A DNA stretch of 64,000 nt from Octopus vulgaris. Its lineage: Eukaryota. The notes under the pieces are model-generated. The model was not told where the DNA came from and made no database searches. It saw nothing but the letters and a program-made list of their open reading frames with translations. Of this stretch, positions 51,790-63,917 are shown one piece after another (within the stretch, counting starts at the first letter, position 1; each line of letters opens with the position of its first letter). The position numbers and the translations under genes are program-made. The stretch lies in the NCBI GenBank assembly GCA_951406725.2, contig OX597835.1:41726001-41790000 (forward strand). The letters are read 5' to 3'.

Positions 51790-52718
51790 TTTTATTACTG
51801 ATGTAATGGTTGCATTGTTCAATTAAATGGAGTTGCTTGAAACGATCGTTCCTCATTACCTCTGGATATACTGTTGCTTACACATATATACATACATAAA
51901 CAAACACACACACACACACATATATACATATACAATTTAAAAATAGGATAAAATCTTTATAAGAATTTATCTTAGTAGGTAGCGTGAAAAACCTCATAAG
52001 AGAAAAAAATCCACCAATTTTTTCACTTAAATATATTTATTTATATTATATAGAGGGCATTACTATACATAAATGCCACATGCTAGGAGACATTAATTCT
52101 CTGTAACTTTAATGCAATAAGGTGTTCTTTGCTGATCCATTCTGTCTAAGTATCCGGTTGCACTTGGAATATCCAATGCAAGGCTCCAAACAACCAGAGT
52201 GGTGAAACATATGTAGGAACAAATGATATAAACTTGTTTAATGTTATTTCTTCTACATTTGCTCAGTATTTCATGATTAAAGGTAAGTTCCCTGCCATCG
52301 TTTCATCACAGGAGATTTCTTCACCATAAATTCACCATGAAGAAATTTCACTGCAAGGAAGGTTTACCAAGAAAACATATCCATAGTATCTCACCATTAA
52401 TAGTTAAAAACTTTCCTCACAGTGACCATTCGTTATGGTGAACCTTTCCTGCAGTGAACTGATGACGGTGGACTTATCAGACATGGAATTCCATTAGACG
52501 TAACACAACTAAGTATAGTAGACTGTATAACCAGTAGACTGGATGATGATGTACAGGAATCTTTTAACTTAACAGTAGCAGTCAAGCATCTATTTGTACA
52601 CACAAGACACCATACTACATATATACACACACACATATACATATAATATATATATCCTCATGCCGTGTGTGATTGTATAATATCACATGTATGTATGATA
52701 TTTATAAGGTATAATTAC

Positions 52719-52817
52719 CTACTACAGTTCCAGAGGACACACGGAAACCAAAGGGAAACTCCAAACTCGATGATTCGAAATCCAATATCAAAAACATTTT
52801 GGCTAAGAACAGGAAGT
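52719..52817 (-). CDS. Membrane RING-CH E3 ligase gene, exon LPVLSQNVFDIGFRIIEFGVSLWFPCVLWNCS
   Basis: ttttcaacag acceptor, gtaatt donor; 99 nt, phase 2 to 2. Confidence 0.88.
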
Positions 52818-53570
52818 CTGTTGAAAAATAAATAAATAAGTATAAACATCAAAACAACAATAACTGCAACAACAACAACAACAACAAAAACAAACTTGAT
52901 AATGTTGCTCTGGGATGCCAATCAAATATGACTTTAATTACCAACCGACCTTGGACTTATTCCGAAGAGAGAAATATTAAAAAAACGATAAAAGATAAGG
53001 AAAAACATTTGTTATTTAATCATTCTTCCACAATCTTTTCTACGTATTTTTATTTCTTTATATGTATTTTTTTTTAATTATCTTTGTGTTGTTTTTCTTT
53101 AATCTTTTTCTTTCACCTTATTTTATTTTTTTTGTCCTTTTATATATATTATTTTCTGTTTCGCCTTATTTCTCTTTTGATCTTTTCTCCCTCTTTTTTC
53201 CTCTCTCCATTCATTCATCTGCTGCTACATTTCTGCTTTCTTCCCTTTTCTTTCCTCACTTTCTCTTTCTCTCTCTCATATCGCACTTGCAAGCAAAAGC
53301 TTTATAGAAGTGGACGGACATTAAACTTTCAACAACAGCAGCAACAGTAGTAGTAGTAGTAGTAGAGAAAAAATAGCAGTAGTATCCAGAGTCTGATGAA
53401 CTACTGCAACAGCAACACACTTTCCACTAGGATACACTGTTATCTCTCACCCAAGCTTGTTTATATTAAGACAGCTACAAGTCTCTGTTCAGAATCAGCT
53501 AGCTGCTTGCAAGTACCTTGTTAGACCTGTTCCAACATCAGTGAAATTAAGATATGGGTAAAGGGGAACA

Positions 53571-53620
<50 letters not shown>

Positions 53621-53688
53621 TAATTAATAATAATAATAAAAATAATTAATAATAATAATAAAAATAATAATAATAATAAAAATAATAA

Positions 53689-53719
<31 letters not shown>

Positions 53720-53790
53720 AATAATGATAATAATAATAATAAAAATAAAAATAATAATAAAAATAATAATAATAATAAAAATAATAATAA

Positions 53791-53871
<81 letters not shown>

Positions 53872-53939
53872 TAATAATAATAATAATAAAAATAATAATA
53901 ATAATAAAAATAATAATAATAATAATAAAAATAATAATG

Positions 53940-54001
<62 letters not shown>

Positions 54002-54033
54002 TAATAATAAAAATAATAAATAATAATAAATAA

Positions 54034-54064
<31 letters not shown>

Positions 54065-54150
54065 AATAAAAATAATAATAATAATAATAAAAATAATAAA
54101 TAATAATAATAAATAATGATAATAATAAAAATTAAAAAAATAAAAATAAT
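53571..54150. repeat. Long imperfect (AAT)n microsatellite
   Basis: ~580 bp of aat with aaa/gat variants; explains the poly-Ile ORFs. Confidence 0.97.
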
Positions 54151-54967
54151 AATTTTTTATGTTAAATTTTTTACTTGTATAACCAGTATAATATTTACAT
54201 CTACAAGGAAGTAACTTGATCAAATTTATTGAAACTTCACGTAGATGTAAACATTAAAACATTTTATATATTGCCATGGCTGTGTGGTAAGAAGACTGCT
54301 TCCCAACTACGTGATTTTAGGTTCAGTCCCAATGCATGGCACCGTGGGTAAATGTCTGCATAGTCCAGGACCTTGTGAGTGAATTTGGCAGGAAAAGAAA
54401 ATGAAAGAAGCCCATCATATTGCAGGTATTGGCTGTGTGGTAAGAAGTTTGCTTCCAAACCACATGGTTCCAGGTTCAGTCCCACTGAGTGGCACCTTGA
54501 CCAAATGTCTTCTACTACATATCCTTTGGACAACCAGAGCCTTGTGAGTGGATTTGGTAGAGGAAAACTGGAAGAAGCCCATCGTATGTATATATATATA
54601 TATATATCATCATCATCGTTTAATGTCCGTTTTCCGTGCTGGCATGGGCTGGACGGTTCGACCGGGGTCTTAGGAAGCCAGGGGCTGCACCAGGCTCCAG
54701 TCTGATCTGGCAGTGTTTTTACAGCTGGATGCCCTTCCTAACGCCAACCACTCCGTGAGTGTAGTGGGTGCTTTTTACGTGCCACCTACACAGGTGCCAG
54801 GGGAGTCTGGCATCGGCCACGATCGGTTGGTGCTTTTAACATGCCACCGGCACGGAAGCCAGCCAAGGCGGCGCTGGCATCGGCCACGTTCGGATGGTGC
54901 TTTTTATGTGCCACTGGCATAGAAGCCAGTCAAGTGCTGGTGGCACATAAAAAGCACCATCCGAAAT

Positions 54968-54998
<31 letters not shown>

Positions 54999-55137
54999 TA
55001 ATATTAGGGAATATGATTCCAAACTTACAGGGAAAAATTCAATTTAGTAATACTAAATCCAATTTCACAATATATAATATATGTATATAAATTAAAGAAG
55101 AACCGTCACGTAGCAATTCAACAATGATATAATTAAA

Positions 55138-55464
55138 TCCTAAATCTCTCAATGAGATATTCAATAGCAGTACTTTGAAGTAAAGGTTATTTGCCAACCT
55201 AATGTGGCAGTCCCAGTTGGGATGAATGGTTGACAAAGGAAAATAACCCTGAAACTGTGCGGTTCACAGATACTGCTTTGTGTTGGGTGGGGGTGCTAGA
55301 CTTCCCTGCCCAAAAATATAAGGACACAGATTTTGTGTCGTATAGCCAGCTGGATGCGATGTCTCCTGGGTCTAAACAACAGTAGCATTCATCCCAACCA
55401 GGACTACCACATTATGTTGGCAAATAACCTTTACTTTAAAGTACTCTTGTTGAGAGATTTAGGA
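55138..55464. mobile_element. Fold-back element with decayed hammerhead remnant
   Basis: Arms ~55138-55228 and ~55386-55464; spacer TTGACAA-agg..cct-GAAA-ctgtgcg-GTT on plus; 55300-55395 aligns in reverse with 11890-11990. Confidence 0.7.
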
Positions 55465-55949
55465 ACAATAATGTTTATATATATATATATATATACATAT
55501 ATATATGTATGTATATACACCAACATCAAAAATCAATGGAAACTGTAGTTGTGATCCCTGGGCCAGTGGCACGTAAAAAGCACGATCTGAATGTGGCCGA
55601 TGCCAGCGCCGCCTTGACTGGCTTCTGTGCCGGTGGCACGTAAAAAGCACCATTCGAACGCGGCCGATGCCAGTGCCGCCTTGACTGGCTTCCGTGCCGG
55701 TGGCACATAAAAAGCACCAATCCGATCGTTGCCATTGCCAGCCTCGCCTGGCACCTGTGCCGGTAGCATGCAAAAAGCACCCATGACACTCACGGAGTGG
55801 TTGGCGTTAGGAAGGGCATCCAGCTGTAGAAACACTGCCAGATCAGACTGGAGCCTGGTGCAGCCTTCTGGCTTCCCAGATCCCCGGTCGAACCGTCCAA
55901 CCCATGCTAGAATGGAAAGCGGACGTTAAACGATGATGATGATGATGAT

Positions 55950-56705
55950 ATATATGCGCAAATGATCTCATGATCTGCAACACTAACTTCAATAACCAGC
56001 CAACCCCTTAATCACTTATCAGTCTGGTGAGCACATAAGCCAGATTGACTACCTCCTCACCAGGCAAAGAGATAGATGAGTGCTTAAAAATGCAAAGTCT
56101 TTCCCAGGTGAAGAGTGTAGAATCCAACATAGGTTACCAGTCAGTGACTTCAGAATTAGAGCTTGAAAGACTCAATCTGGAAAAGAAGATTATGGAAGCT
56201 CAAAGACCCAGCAAATACACAAAAATTTACAGATTTGCTAATGGAAGCTGTTGAGGAAAGAGAGGAAGAGTTGGGGACATATAGCTTAGAGGACAGCTGG
56301 AAGTTCTTAGAGGGACAATCTACTGAGGGCTGTGGACGAAACCTGTGGCAGGTGCAGAGTTCCAGCTAGACCAAGGGTGACATGGTGGTAGAGCAAGGAG
56401 GTTGGCAGTGTTATAAAGGTAGAAAGACTGGAAAAAAGTGGAAGCAGAGAATTATATCAGGTAACCAAAAGGGCAGCTAGGCATTAGGTATACATAGCAA
56501 GAGAAGGTAAGAGATTTGCAAATGTCCTGCAACATGAGGATCAGAGGCATGAGGTCTTCAGGATTACAAAGCAGTGTATCAGAGAAAATAGAGATGTGGT
56601 GGGTGAGAAATGTGTGTGAATGGATAATGGTATGCTTGTACTTAGTGACTCAGAGAAGAAAGATGCATGGAAGTGCCACTATGAAAGGTTACTAAGCATG
56701 GAAAA
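55950..56705 (+). mobile_element. RTE LINE endonuclease-to-RT linker fragment
   Basis: Remnants ITYQSGEHISQIDYLL, IWKRRLWKLKDP, TWW, AWKCHYERLL. Confidence 0.75.
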
Positions 56706-56865
56706 TTTTACGGGGCAGGGATACATGCTCTCATTCAAAGGTGGAACATTGCTATTGAGAGAAATGGTGACTATGTTGAGAAGTAGGGATGTGATCCACA
56801 GAGGACCAGCTTCATTTTGATGTATGATACATGTTCCCACGGCATTATGTTTTGACTTACCCTCG

Positions 56866-56868
<3 letters not shown>
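56703..56868 (+). mobile_element. Mariner transposon 3' end
   Basis: FYGAGIHALIQRWNIAIERNGDYVEK* followed by TIR ttttgacttaccctcg and TA. Confidence 0.85.
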
Positions 56869-56896
<28 letters not shown>

Positions 56897-57305
56897 ACGT
56901 GAGTTTGTCATTGTCTGTCATCACTGCTGCTTGACAACTGGTGTTAGTTTGTTTATGTCCCCATAACTGAGCAGTTCGGCAAAAGAAACCAATAGAATAA
57001 GTACTGAACTTTAAAAATAAGTACGAGGATTGATTTTCAGACTAAAAGCCTTCAAGGTGGTGCCCCCTATGGCCACATGCCAATGACTGAAACAAGTAAA
57101 CGAGGAGTTGAAGGTATAAAAATTTCGTGTGGGGGGGGAAAGTAGTTTAGGACATTGGAAAGCAGTCTGCACTATCAAAGCAATGAGGGTATGAAAACTC
57201 CCGTTATGCAACTGGTTATATAATGTTATACAGTAGTTGTATTGTGACAGATTAAATTCCTAAGATAAACATCTGAATACATCAAAAACCATTATAATTC
57301 AATAA

Positions 57306-57682
57306 TCCCTCTATATATAAAGCTGAAGTTGTCTGTGTATAGCAGGTTTGGTAGCCTTCAACTAACATTATCTCCTCTGAGACCCTGCGGCGCGAGTTGA
57401 CAAACATTGAGAGTATGATAGAAGAAGGCTTGCTCTTCCTTCCATAGTAGAAAAAATTCAAATCAGACCATGTTAACACCAAAAATTGTTTACATCAAAA
57501 AGGTGCTTTTTTTTCTATGAAAATCCCTATTTTCTACGATGTTTTGACTGCTGTGTCACCATTTTTTGGTGTATTTCAACCGGGAAAATGTTCACTTAAA
57601 GAGAATATAACAAGCTACTTTTCAAAAATTCCAATTCTAAAGGGTCGAAACAAACCCGAGCAACGCCGGACGATACTGCTAG
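57306..57682 (+). mobile_element. Non-autonomous Helitron, intact ends
   Basis: Inserted between A and T; 5' TC(cctctatatataaa); subterminal hairpin cccgagcaacgccgg; 3' CTAG at 57679-57682. Confidence 0.85.
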
Positions 57683-58379
57683 TTAATAATAAAACTAAAT
57701 TTATAGAAGACAGACATGTAATGTTTACTATATGAATGAAATGGGGTCAACTCATGAATATTTGTGATTTGGGGTTTATGAGCATCTGATCATTTTATCT
57801 ATTTGAAATATCTGTTCACTGAATTGGACAAAGATAAGGGTGGGTGAGGTGAAGGGAGTAAAAATGTGATAGAAGCTTGCTTTGCAATCACAAGGTTTTT
57901 TGGTTCAGTCCCACTGCATGACACACAGGGCAAGTGTCCTACTATAGCCCAAGGGTGACTAAAAGCCTTGCGAGTAGATCTGATAGACAGAAACTGAAAA
58001 AGTACCTGTCACCCTCTGTGTGTGGGGGTGGGGGGGTATGCAGCTGTGTGGTAAGAAGTTTGCTTCCCAACCACATGGTTCCAGGTTCAGTCTCACTGCA
58101 TGACACCTTGAGCAAATATCTTCTGCTATTGTCTGGGGCTGGCCAAATGCTTGGTAGATTTGGTGGAGGATTTGGGAGATAGAAACCGAAAGAAGCCTGT
58201 CATGCATATGTGTATGCACGGGCCTTACATACACTCAGGAATACATGCACACACACCCACCCACCCACACACGAATGTATGCATACACACACATGAATGT
58301 ATACACACAGACACACATACACAAATGTATGCACACATACAAACACACAAATGTATATGTGAATATATATACACACATA

Positions 58380-58536
58380 CAGATATATATATGTGTGTGT
58401 GTGTGTATATATATTATATGTATGTATATATATATATATGTATATATATATATGTATGTATATATATATGTATATATATATATGTATGTATATATATATG
58501 TATGTATATATATATGTATGTATGTATATATATATG

Positions 58537-58583
<47 letters not shown>

Positions 58584-59073
58584 ATATATATGTATGTATA
58601 TATATTTGTATATATATGTATGTATATATATGTATATGTATATATAACAGTTAAACTTCGTGTATGTATGTATATATATATATGTATATGTATATATAAC
58701 AGTTAAGCTTCGTGTCAGCCATATGTATATATATATATATTTATATATATATATATTTAATATAAATATATATATATATATATATAAATATATATATATT
58801 TATATATAAATATATATATTATATATAAATATATATATATTTATATAAAATATATATATATTTATATATAAATATATATATTTATATATAATATATATAT
58901 ATATATACATATCTGACCCTCGTTATCAATGGCCATTGCACGAAGCTCTGTTATATACATATACATATATATATACATACATACACGAAGTTTAACTGTT
59001 ATATATACATATACATATATATACATACATATATATACAAATATATATACATACATATATATATACATACATA

Positions 59074-59106
<33 letters not shown>

Positions 59107-59138
59107 TATATACATATATATATACATACATACATATG

Positions 59139-59208
<70 letters not shown>

Positions 59209-59396
59209 AATATATATATTTATATATAAATATATATATATATTTATATATAAATATATATATATATTTATATATAAATATATATATATATTTATATATA
59301 AATATATATATATATTTATATATAAATATATATATATATTTATATATAAATATATATATATATATTTATATATAAATATATATATATATATATATC
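58380..59396. repeat. (TA)n/(TATG)n microsatellite block with internal inverted duplication
   Basis: ~1 kb TA-rich tract; the unique tag ataacagttaaacttcgtg at ~58645 recurs reverse-complemented at ~58985-59003. Confidence 0.92.
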
Positions 59397-59525
59397 TACC
59401 TCCAATAAAGATAAAGCAAATAATCCCATTCCATAGATGTGAAGTACTTTTAAAAACAAGAAAGCAAAATTCTTTAGCATTCTGGCAGATTCCATTCCAG
59501 AGATACATTAATTTCCATGAGTTGG

Positions 59526-59564
<39 letters not shown>

Positions 59565-60508
59565 CGCACCTGTTTAAAAACTGTTCCATATATCAAAGTA
59601 AATTTTGAATTGGTGGTGGTGAGGTGGTGTTGTGTAAGTCTAAAAGGGGAAAAGAGAAAGTGAGAAAGGGAGACCAGAAGTTAAGATTAGAGAAAGAAAG
59701 AGAAGAGATTGAAAGAGAGAGAGAGAGAGAGCTGATTAAAAACTGAGGGGAGAAATAAAGAACAGCAAGAGAAATAGTGTGAGAAGAAGGGGAGGAGCAA
59801 CTGGGGGGAGAATATGGAAGAAGTAATTAGGTTGTAAATAAGAACAAGAGTAGATAGTAACAAAATTATTTTAGGACAGATTCAGGAACAGACATGGATG
59901 AAATAGAAAATATAAGATTTGTTATTAAGATTATTAGAATCCCTAGGGATTACTTGCCAAAATCCAATGAAATAAGAAAGTTACCTGCAATGGCCAACAG
60001 AGAAAAACTATTTCTTTAAATGTTATGGAAACTCCTGAGTCAAAGAGATGAATCATTCTACCACATACAATGTAGGTGGTAAAATTTTCTCCTCCTCTAC
60101 AACCACCACTGCCATCATCATCTTCATCATCATCACTTCACCTCTCAATTTAAATTCTTTAGCATTGGTCGAACAGGTCTGCTACACAGTAAACTGTCAC
60201 TCCAGTGAATCCCAAGCCATTCACCTAAGGGGCCCTAATATCTGACAACTGACTTCATCATTTCTTGTTGCATCATCTTTTTCATATCAGTACCTCTCCT
60301 TGCAGTACACACTGCTAGCCCTGCCCTGCCCCTACTCTACACAGGCATTCATTGTATTTTTGTTTTACAAGTCTATGTCATCAGTTGAGGCCTTTGATAC
60401 CTAGCTGTTCCCTTTCTGCTGACTTATGCTCCGTCTTTTATGTAAGCTGGTGTTAGACATTGAACAGATGATTTCTTGAAATGGAGTTAAATGGAAACAA
60501 ATGCTTAC

Positions 60509-60657
60509 TTATCTCTCCAGAATTCCTTAAGGACATCAGACAAAAGGAACAAAGCTGTTATGAGTTGTAAAAGAGCCTGAATAACCAATCCCAGTCTTGA
60601 CATATGGAGTTGGCGCTGATTAACGTTACTCTCAGATTGAGCAAATGCTCCTCTCAC
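60509..60657 (-). CDS. Membrane RING-CH E3 ligase gene, exon VRGAF...LGLVIQALLQLITALFLLSDVLKEFWRD
   Basis: ttttttttcag acceptor, gtaagc donor; 149 nt, phase 0 to 2; contains a TM helix. Confidence 0.88.
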
Positions 60658-60803
60658 CTGAAAAAAAAATATTCATTGTAGAATTTGATATTAATAATAA
60701 AGAGATAATAGAGAATAAAAATCGAAACAGCTATATATACATGGGTGCTTTGTTGGCTGTGTTATCAAATTCTGTTCTCATTAAAAGAAATATTACAGTT
60801 ATC

Positions 60804-61393
60804 GGATCTTTTCCTTTTGAACGGCACATGTCAACACAGTTTCTAGTTAACTAAACACTTTTAAACTTCGTATACTGGTAGAATGTGTTTATAAAACATT
60901 ATTTTTTCTTGGCTTTATTGAGAAAATTCTATAGTTTGTAACATATTTCCACTTTAATTTCAAGCATTTCAGCAATTTTAACCAATCGCTTACATCCATT
61001 TAGGTAAACAACATTCCGTGCTGTATGAATATGTCCCTCGTTTAAGAAACAGATTGGGTTTATTTACATTTGCGAAGAAAAAAAAATACCCTAACTCTAA
61101 CCTTAAATCAAAAATAGATTGAAATGCAATAGATCGATACTAGGGTTATAATTATGGGTGACATTTTCATTTGACACCGCTAGAACAAAAATCCCATTTT
61201 CCGTAGCGGTGTCGTATGAAATTATCACCCATAATTATAACCCTAGTATCGATCTATTACATTTCAATCTATTTTAGATTTAGGGTTAGAGTTAGGGTGA
61301 GTTAGGGTTAGGGGTGGGGGAAGGGTCATAATTATGGGTGACAATTTCATATGACACCGCTAGAAAAAACTGCCGTTCAAACTGAAAAGATCC
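60804..61393. mobile_element. Second Merlin-like MITE copy, opposite orientation, with internal inverted duplication
   Basis: TIRs ggatcttttccttttgaacggca / tgccgttcaaactgaaaagatcc; body is the reverse complement of 50772-51185; hairpin at ~61090-61297; no TSD seen. Confidence 0.8.
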
Positions 61394-62301
61394 AAGTGTA
61401 AAGCAGTTAAGTTCAATTGCTGTAAGGAGTGAAGAATCTGTTTCAAGCCTTGCTATCTTGAGAGAGAGGGATGCTGTTTAGCTCAAGGTCAGCCATAATT
61501 AAGTAGGCCTGTTATCAAAACCAGTCCAGTAATGACCAGCCTACCTATTATGTTCAGATAACCAATTCTTAATTTTCAAGATGATAATGTATGATTTAAG
61601 AAAAATCTGGTTGCTATTTTGACTTGTAAATAGTCTCCGTCACAGTTGTCATGGTAACAAGGTCAATGAGACATAATATGTTAATATGTTTCTGTTGAGT
61701 TGCTTGCCTTGGTTTCTATGGCAGCAGACATTTGGTAAAAACCAAGTCCATAGATATGAACCAAGATTTCACAGAGACAAAGCTAAAACAGAAACAGTAG
61801 CAAAGGAAAGTGAAAAAGCAAAAATTAGACAAGTGTGACTGAGTGGTAAGTAGCTTGCTTCCCAACCACATGGTTCCGGGTTCATTCCCACTGCGTGGCA
61901 CCTTGGGCAAGCATCTTCTACTATAACCTTGGGCCAGCCAAAGCCTTGCGAGTGGATTTGGTAGATGGAAATTGAAAGAAGCCTGTTGTGCATGCATGCG
62001 TGTGCACATGTGTGTGTGTATATGTATGTATGTATGTATGTGTGTGTTTCATTGTATGCCCCCCCCCCCTGCCACCGTCACTTGACAATTGGTGTTGGTG
62101 TGTTTACATCCCTGTAACTTAACTGATTCTGCAAAAGACAGAAACAGAATAAGGACCAGTCTAAAAAAAACTAAGGACTGGGGTTGATTTTTTCAACCAA
62201 ATTTTCTTCCGGACACTGCTCCAGCATAGCCACAGTCTAACGATTGAAACATGTTAAAGATATTAAAAAAAAGGGGGGAGGTATGAAGCTATGTCACTTA
62301 C

Positions 62302-62397
62302 CTTGAAGTATACCTCAACACCATAGATGAGGAAGAAGATGACCACCAAAAACATGAGGAATGCAAAAAAGGCATCAAAGATCTTGTTAATCATGTC
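62302..62397 (-). CDS. Membrane RING-CH E3 ligase gene, most 5' exon found (DMINKIFDAFFAFLMFLVVIFFLIYGVEVYFK); gene probably starts beyond the window
   Basis: cag acceptor, gtaagt donor; 96 nt, phase 0 to 0; strong TM helix. Confidence 0.85.
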
Positions 62398-62745
62398 CTG
62401 CCAAGATTAATTAATTAAAACCGTTGAAAATGGCAAAAGTTTCACATCAAACCTTAACATTCATAATGAGAAAAAGTGAAGAGGGTGAGAGAGAGATGTA
62501 GAATGTTGATGTAAGTGTTGATAAATTGGCCCTTGATCTTTTAAATCTGACTTGAAAGCAGCCCCTTAAGGAAACAATATTCTTAAAGAATGAATGACTA
62601 TATCACCCCCACCCCACTTTCCTTTCGTTTAAGTTTGTTTATGAACCAATTTGAAAACCCTCCAAGTTATAGTAGTCAATTCTTCTTCAAGAAATAGCAG
62701 TCAATTCTTCTTCAAATTACTCCCAATGAGAAACTAAGAGTGGTA

Positions 62746-63111
62746 TCTCTATACATATAAACGGCAAAATGTGTGTGTGTGCATGTCCTTTATACAAATC
62801 CACAATTTTTCAGTTAGAGGGCTTGCACTTTCTATGGTCATCCAAAACCATCCAAGGGTGGTCGTGTACATCTTTACATTTCCCCAGTCACCCCGCAAAG
62901 CCATTAAAAAAACAATAGAAGTGACTTTTTTGTGAATTTTCTATCCAAAACCCAATCAAAATGCCCGAAACTTGATACGCCAATTGAATGCCAGCTAGCT
63001 GTATGTGATTGGTCGGAGATTTGGACAGTACTCGCGTGTATGTGCGCATGCACGCAGCTGTATATGCATGCTCTAGCACTATGACCTGGCGTTGCTGGGT
63101 CATAGTGCTAG
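62746..63111 (+). mobile_element. Non-autonomous Helitron with extended 3' hairpin
   Basis: A|TC(tctatacatataaa)...CTAG|T; terminal palindrome ctagcactatgacc..ggtcatagtgctag at 63073-63111. Confidence 0.82.
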
Positions 63112-63447
63112 TGTTACATTAAATTTCTTATGGAGTTTCCTGTCATTAAACAATGGGTGCTAGTTCTGTACTTTCTTTCTGAACAACCATAAAGATTTGT
63201 TTGTGATAAAATGTTTTGTGTTCACATCAGCTCACTTGCTCCCACTGGCAAATCAAAACTGTCTATAAAAGTGCACAAGTGTGACATGTGACAGATGTCA
63301 AAATGATTGCAGAACAAACATGAAATGAAGTGTTTTGCTCAAGGACACAATGCACTGCATGGTCTGGGAATAGAAACCATGATCTCACAATTATGGGTGC
63401 AACACCCTAACCATTAGGCCATGCACCTATATATATGTATATATATA

Positions 63448-63719
63448 GGTGAATTGAAGAAATGGAGCTGAACGCAGATTGAACAGAAATCGTTTTATTT
63501 CATTCTACACGTGTTTCGAAAGGCACAATTTACCAAAATCCGATTGAATAATGAGACCATATTGTGTCTTTCTCTTCAGGAAGAAATAGGAAATCCGTTG
63601 GAATTTATGGTCCCATTATTCAATCGGATTTTGGTAAATTGTGCCTTTCGAAACACGTGTAGAATGAAATAAAACGATTTCTGTTCAATCTGCGTTCAAC
63701 TCCATTTCTTCAATTCACC
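63448..63719. mobile_element. Fold-back element (~114 bp arms) carrying an intact hammerhead ribozyme; Penelope-pLTR-like
   Basis: Arms 63448-63561 and 63606-63719 are near-identical in reverse; a poly(A)-signal-like AATAAA lies just 3' of the HHR. Confidence 0.82.
63503..63585 (-). ncRNA. Type I hammerhead ribozyme, canonical core, long stem II
   Basis: Minus strand: ttcttc-CTGAAGA-gaaagacacaat-(31 nt loop)-attgtgcctttc-GAAA-cacgt-GTA-gaa. Palindromic stem III ACACGTGT; predicted cleavage between 63506 and 63505. Confidence 0.82.
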
Positions 63720-63878
63720 AATAATATTTTAATTTCAATTATCCGCACCAACGCACGGTTGCAACACCATATGGTTGTACCTCCAACCGTGCTGTTTTAC
63801 TGCTGTGATTTTTGCTACCAAGGTATCGGTTAAACTTTTGATTAATCTACTACAAGATTATTCATCTTTCTATTTCAC

Positions 63879-63917
<39 letters not shown>

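Noticed and set aside
53392-53430. CTGATGA hammerhead-like core
   Set aside because: No stem II or downstream GAAA.
53624-54223. Poly-Ile ORFs of 99-199 aa
   Set aside because: Translation artefacts of the (AAT)n microsatellite.
58151-59589. Tyr/Ile-rich ORFs
   Set aside because: Translation artefacts of (TA)n and (TG)n tracts.
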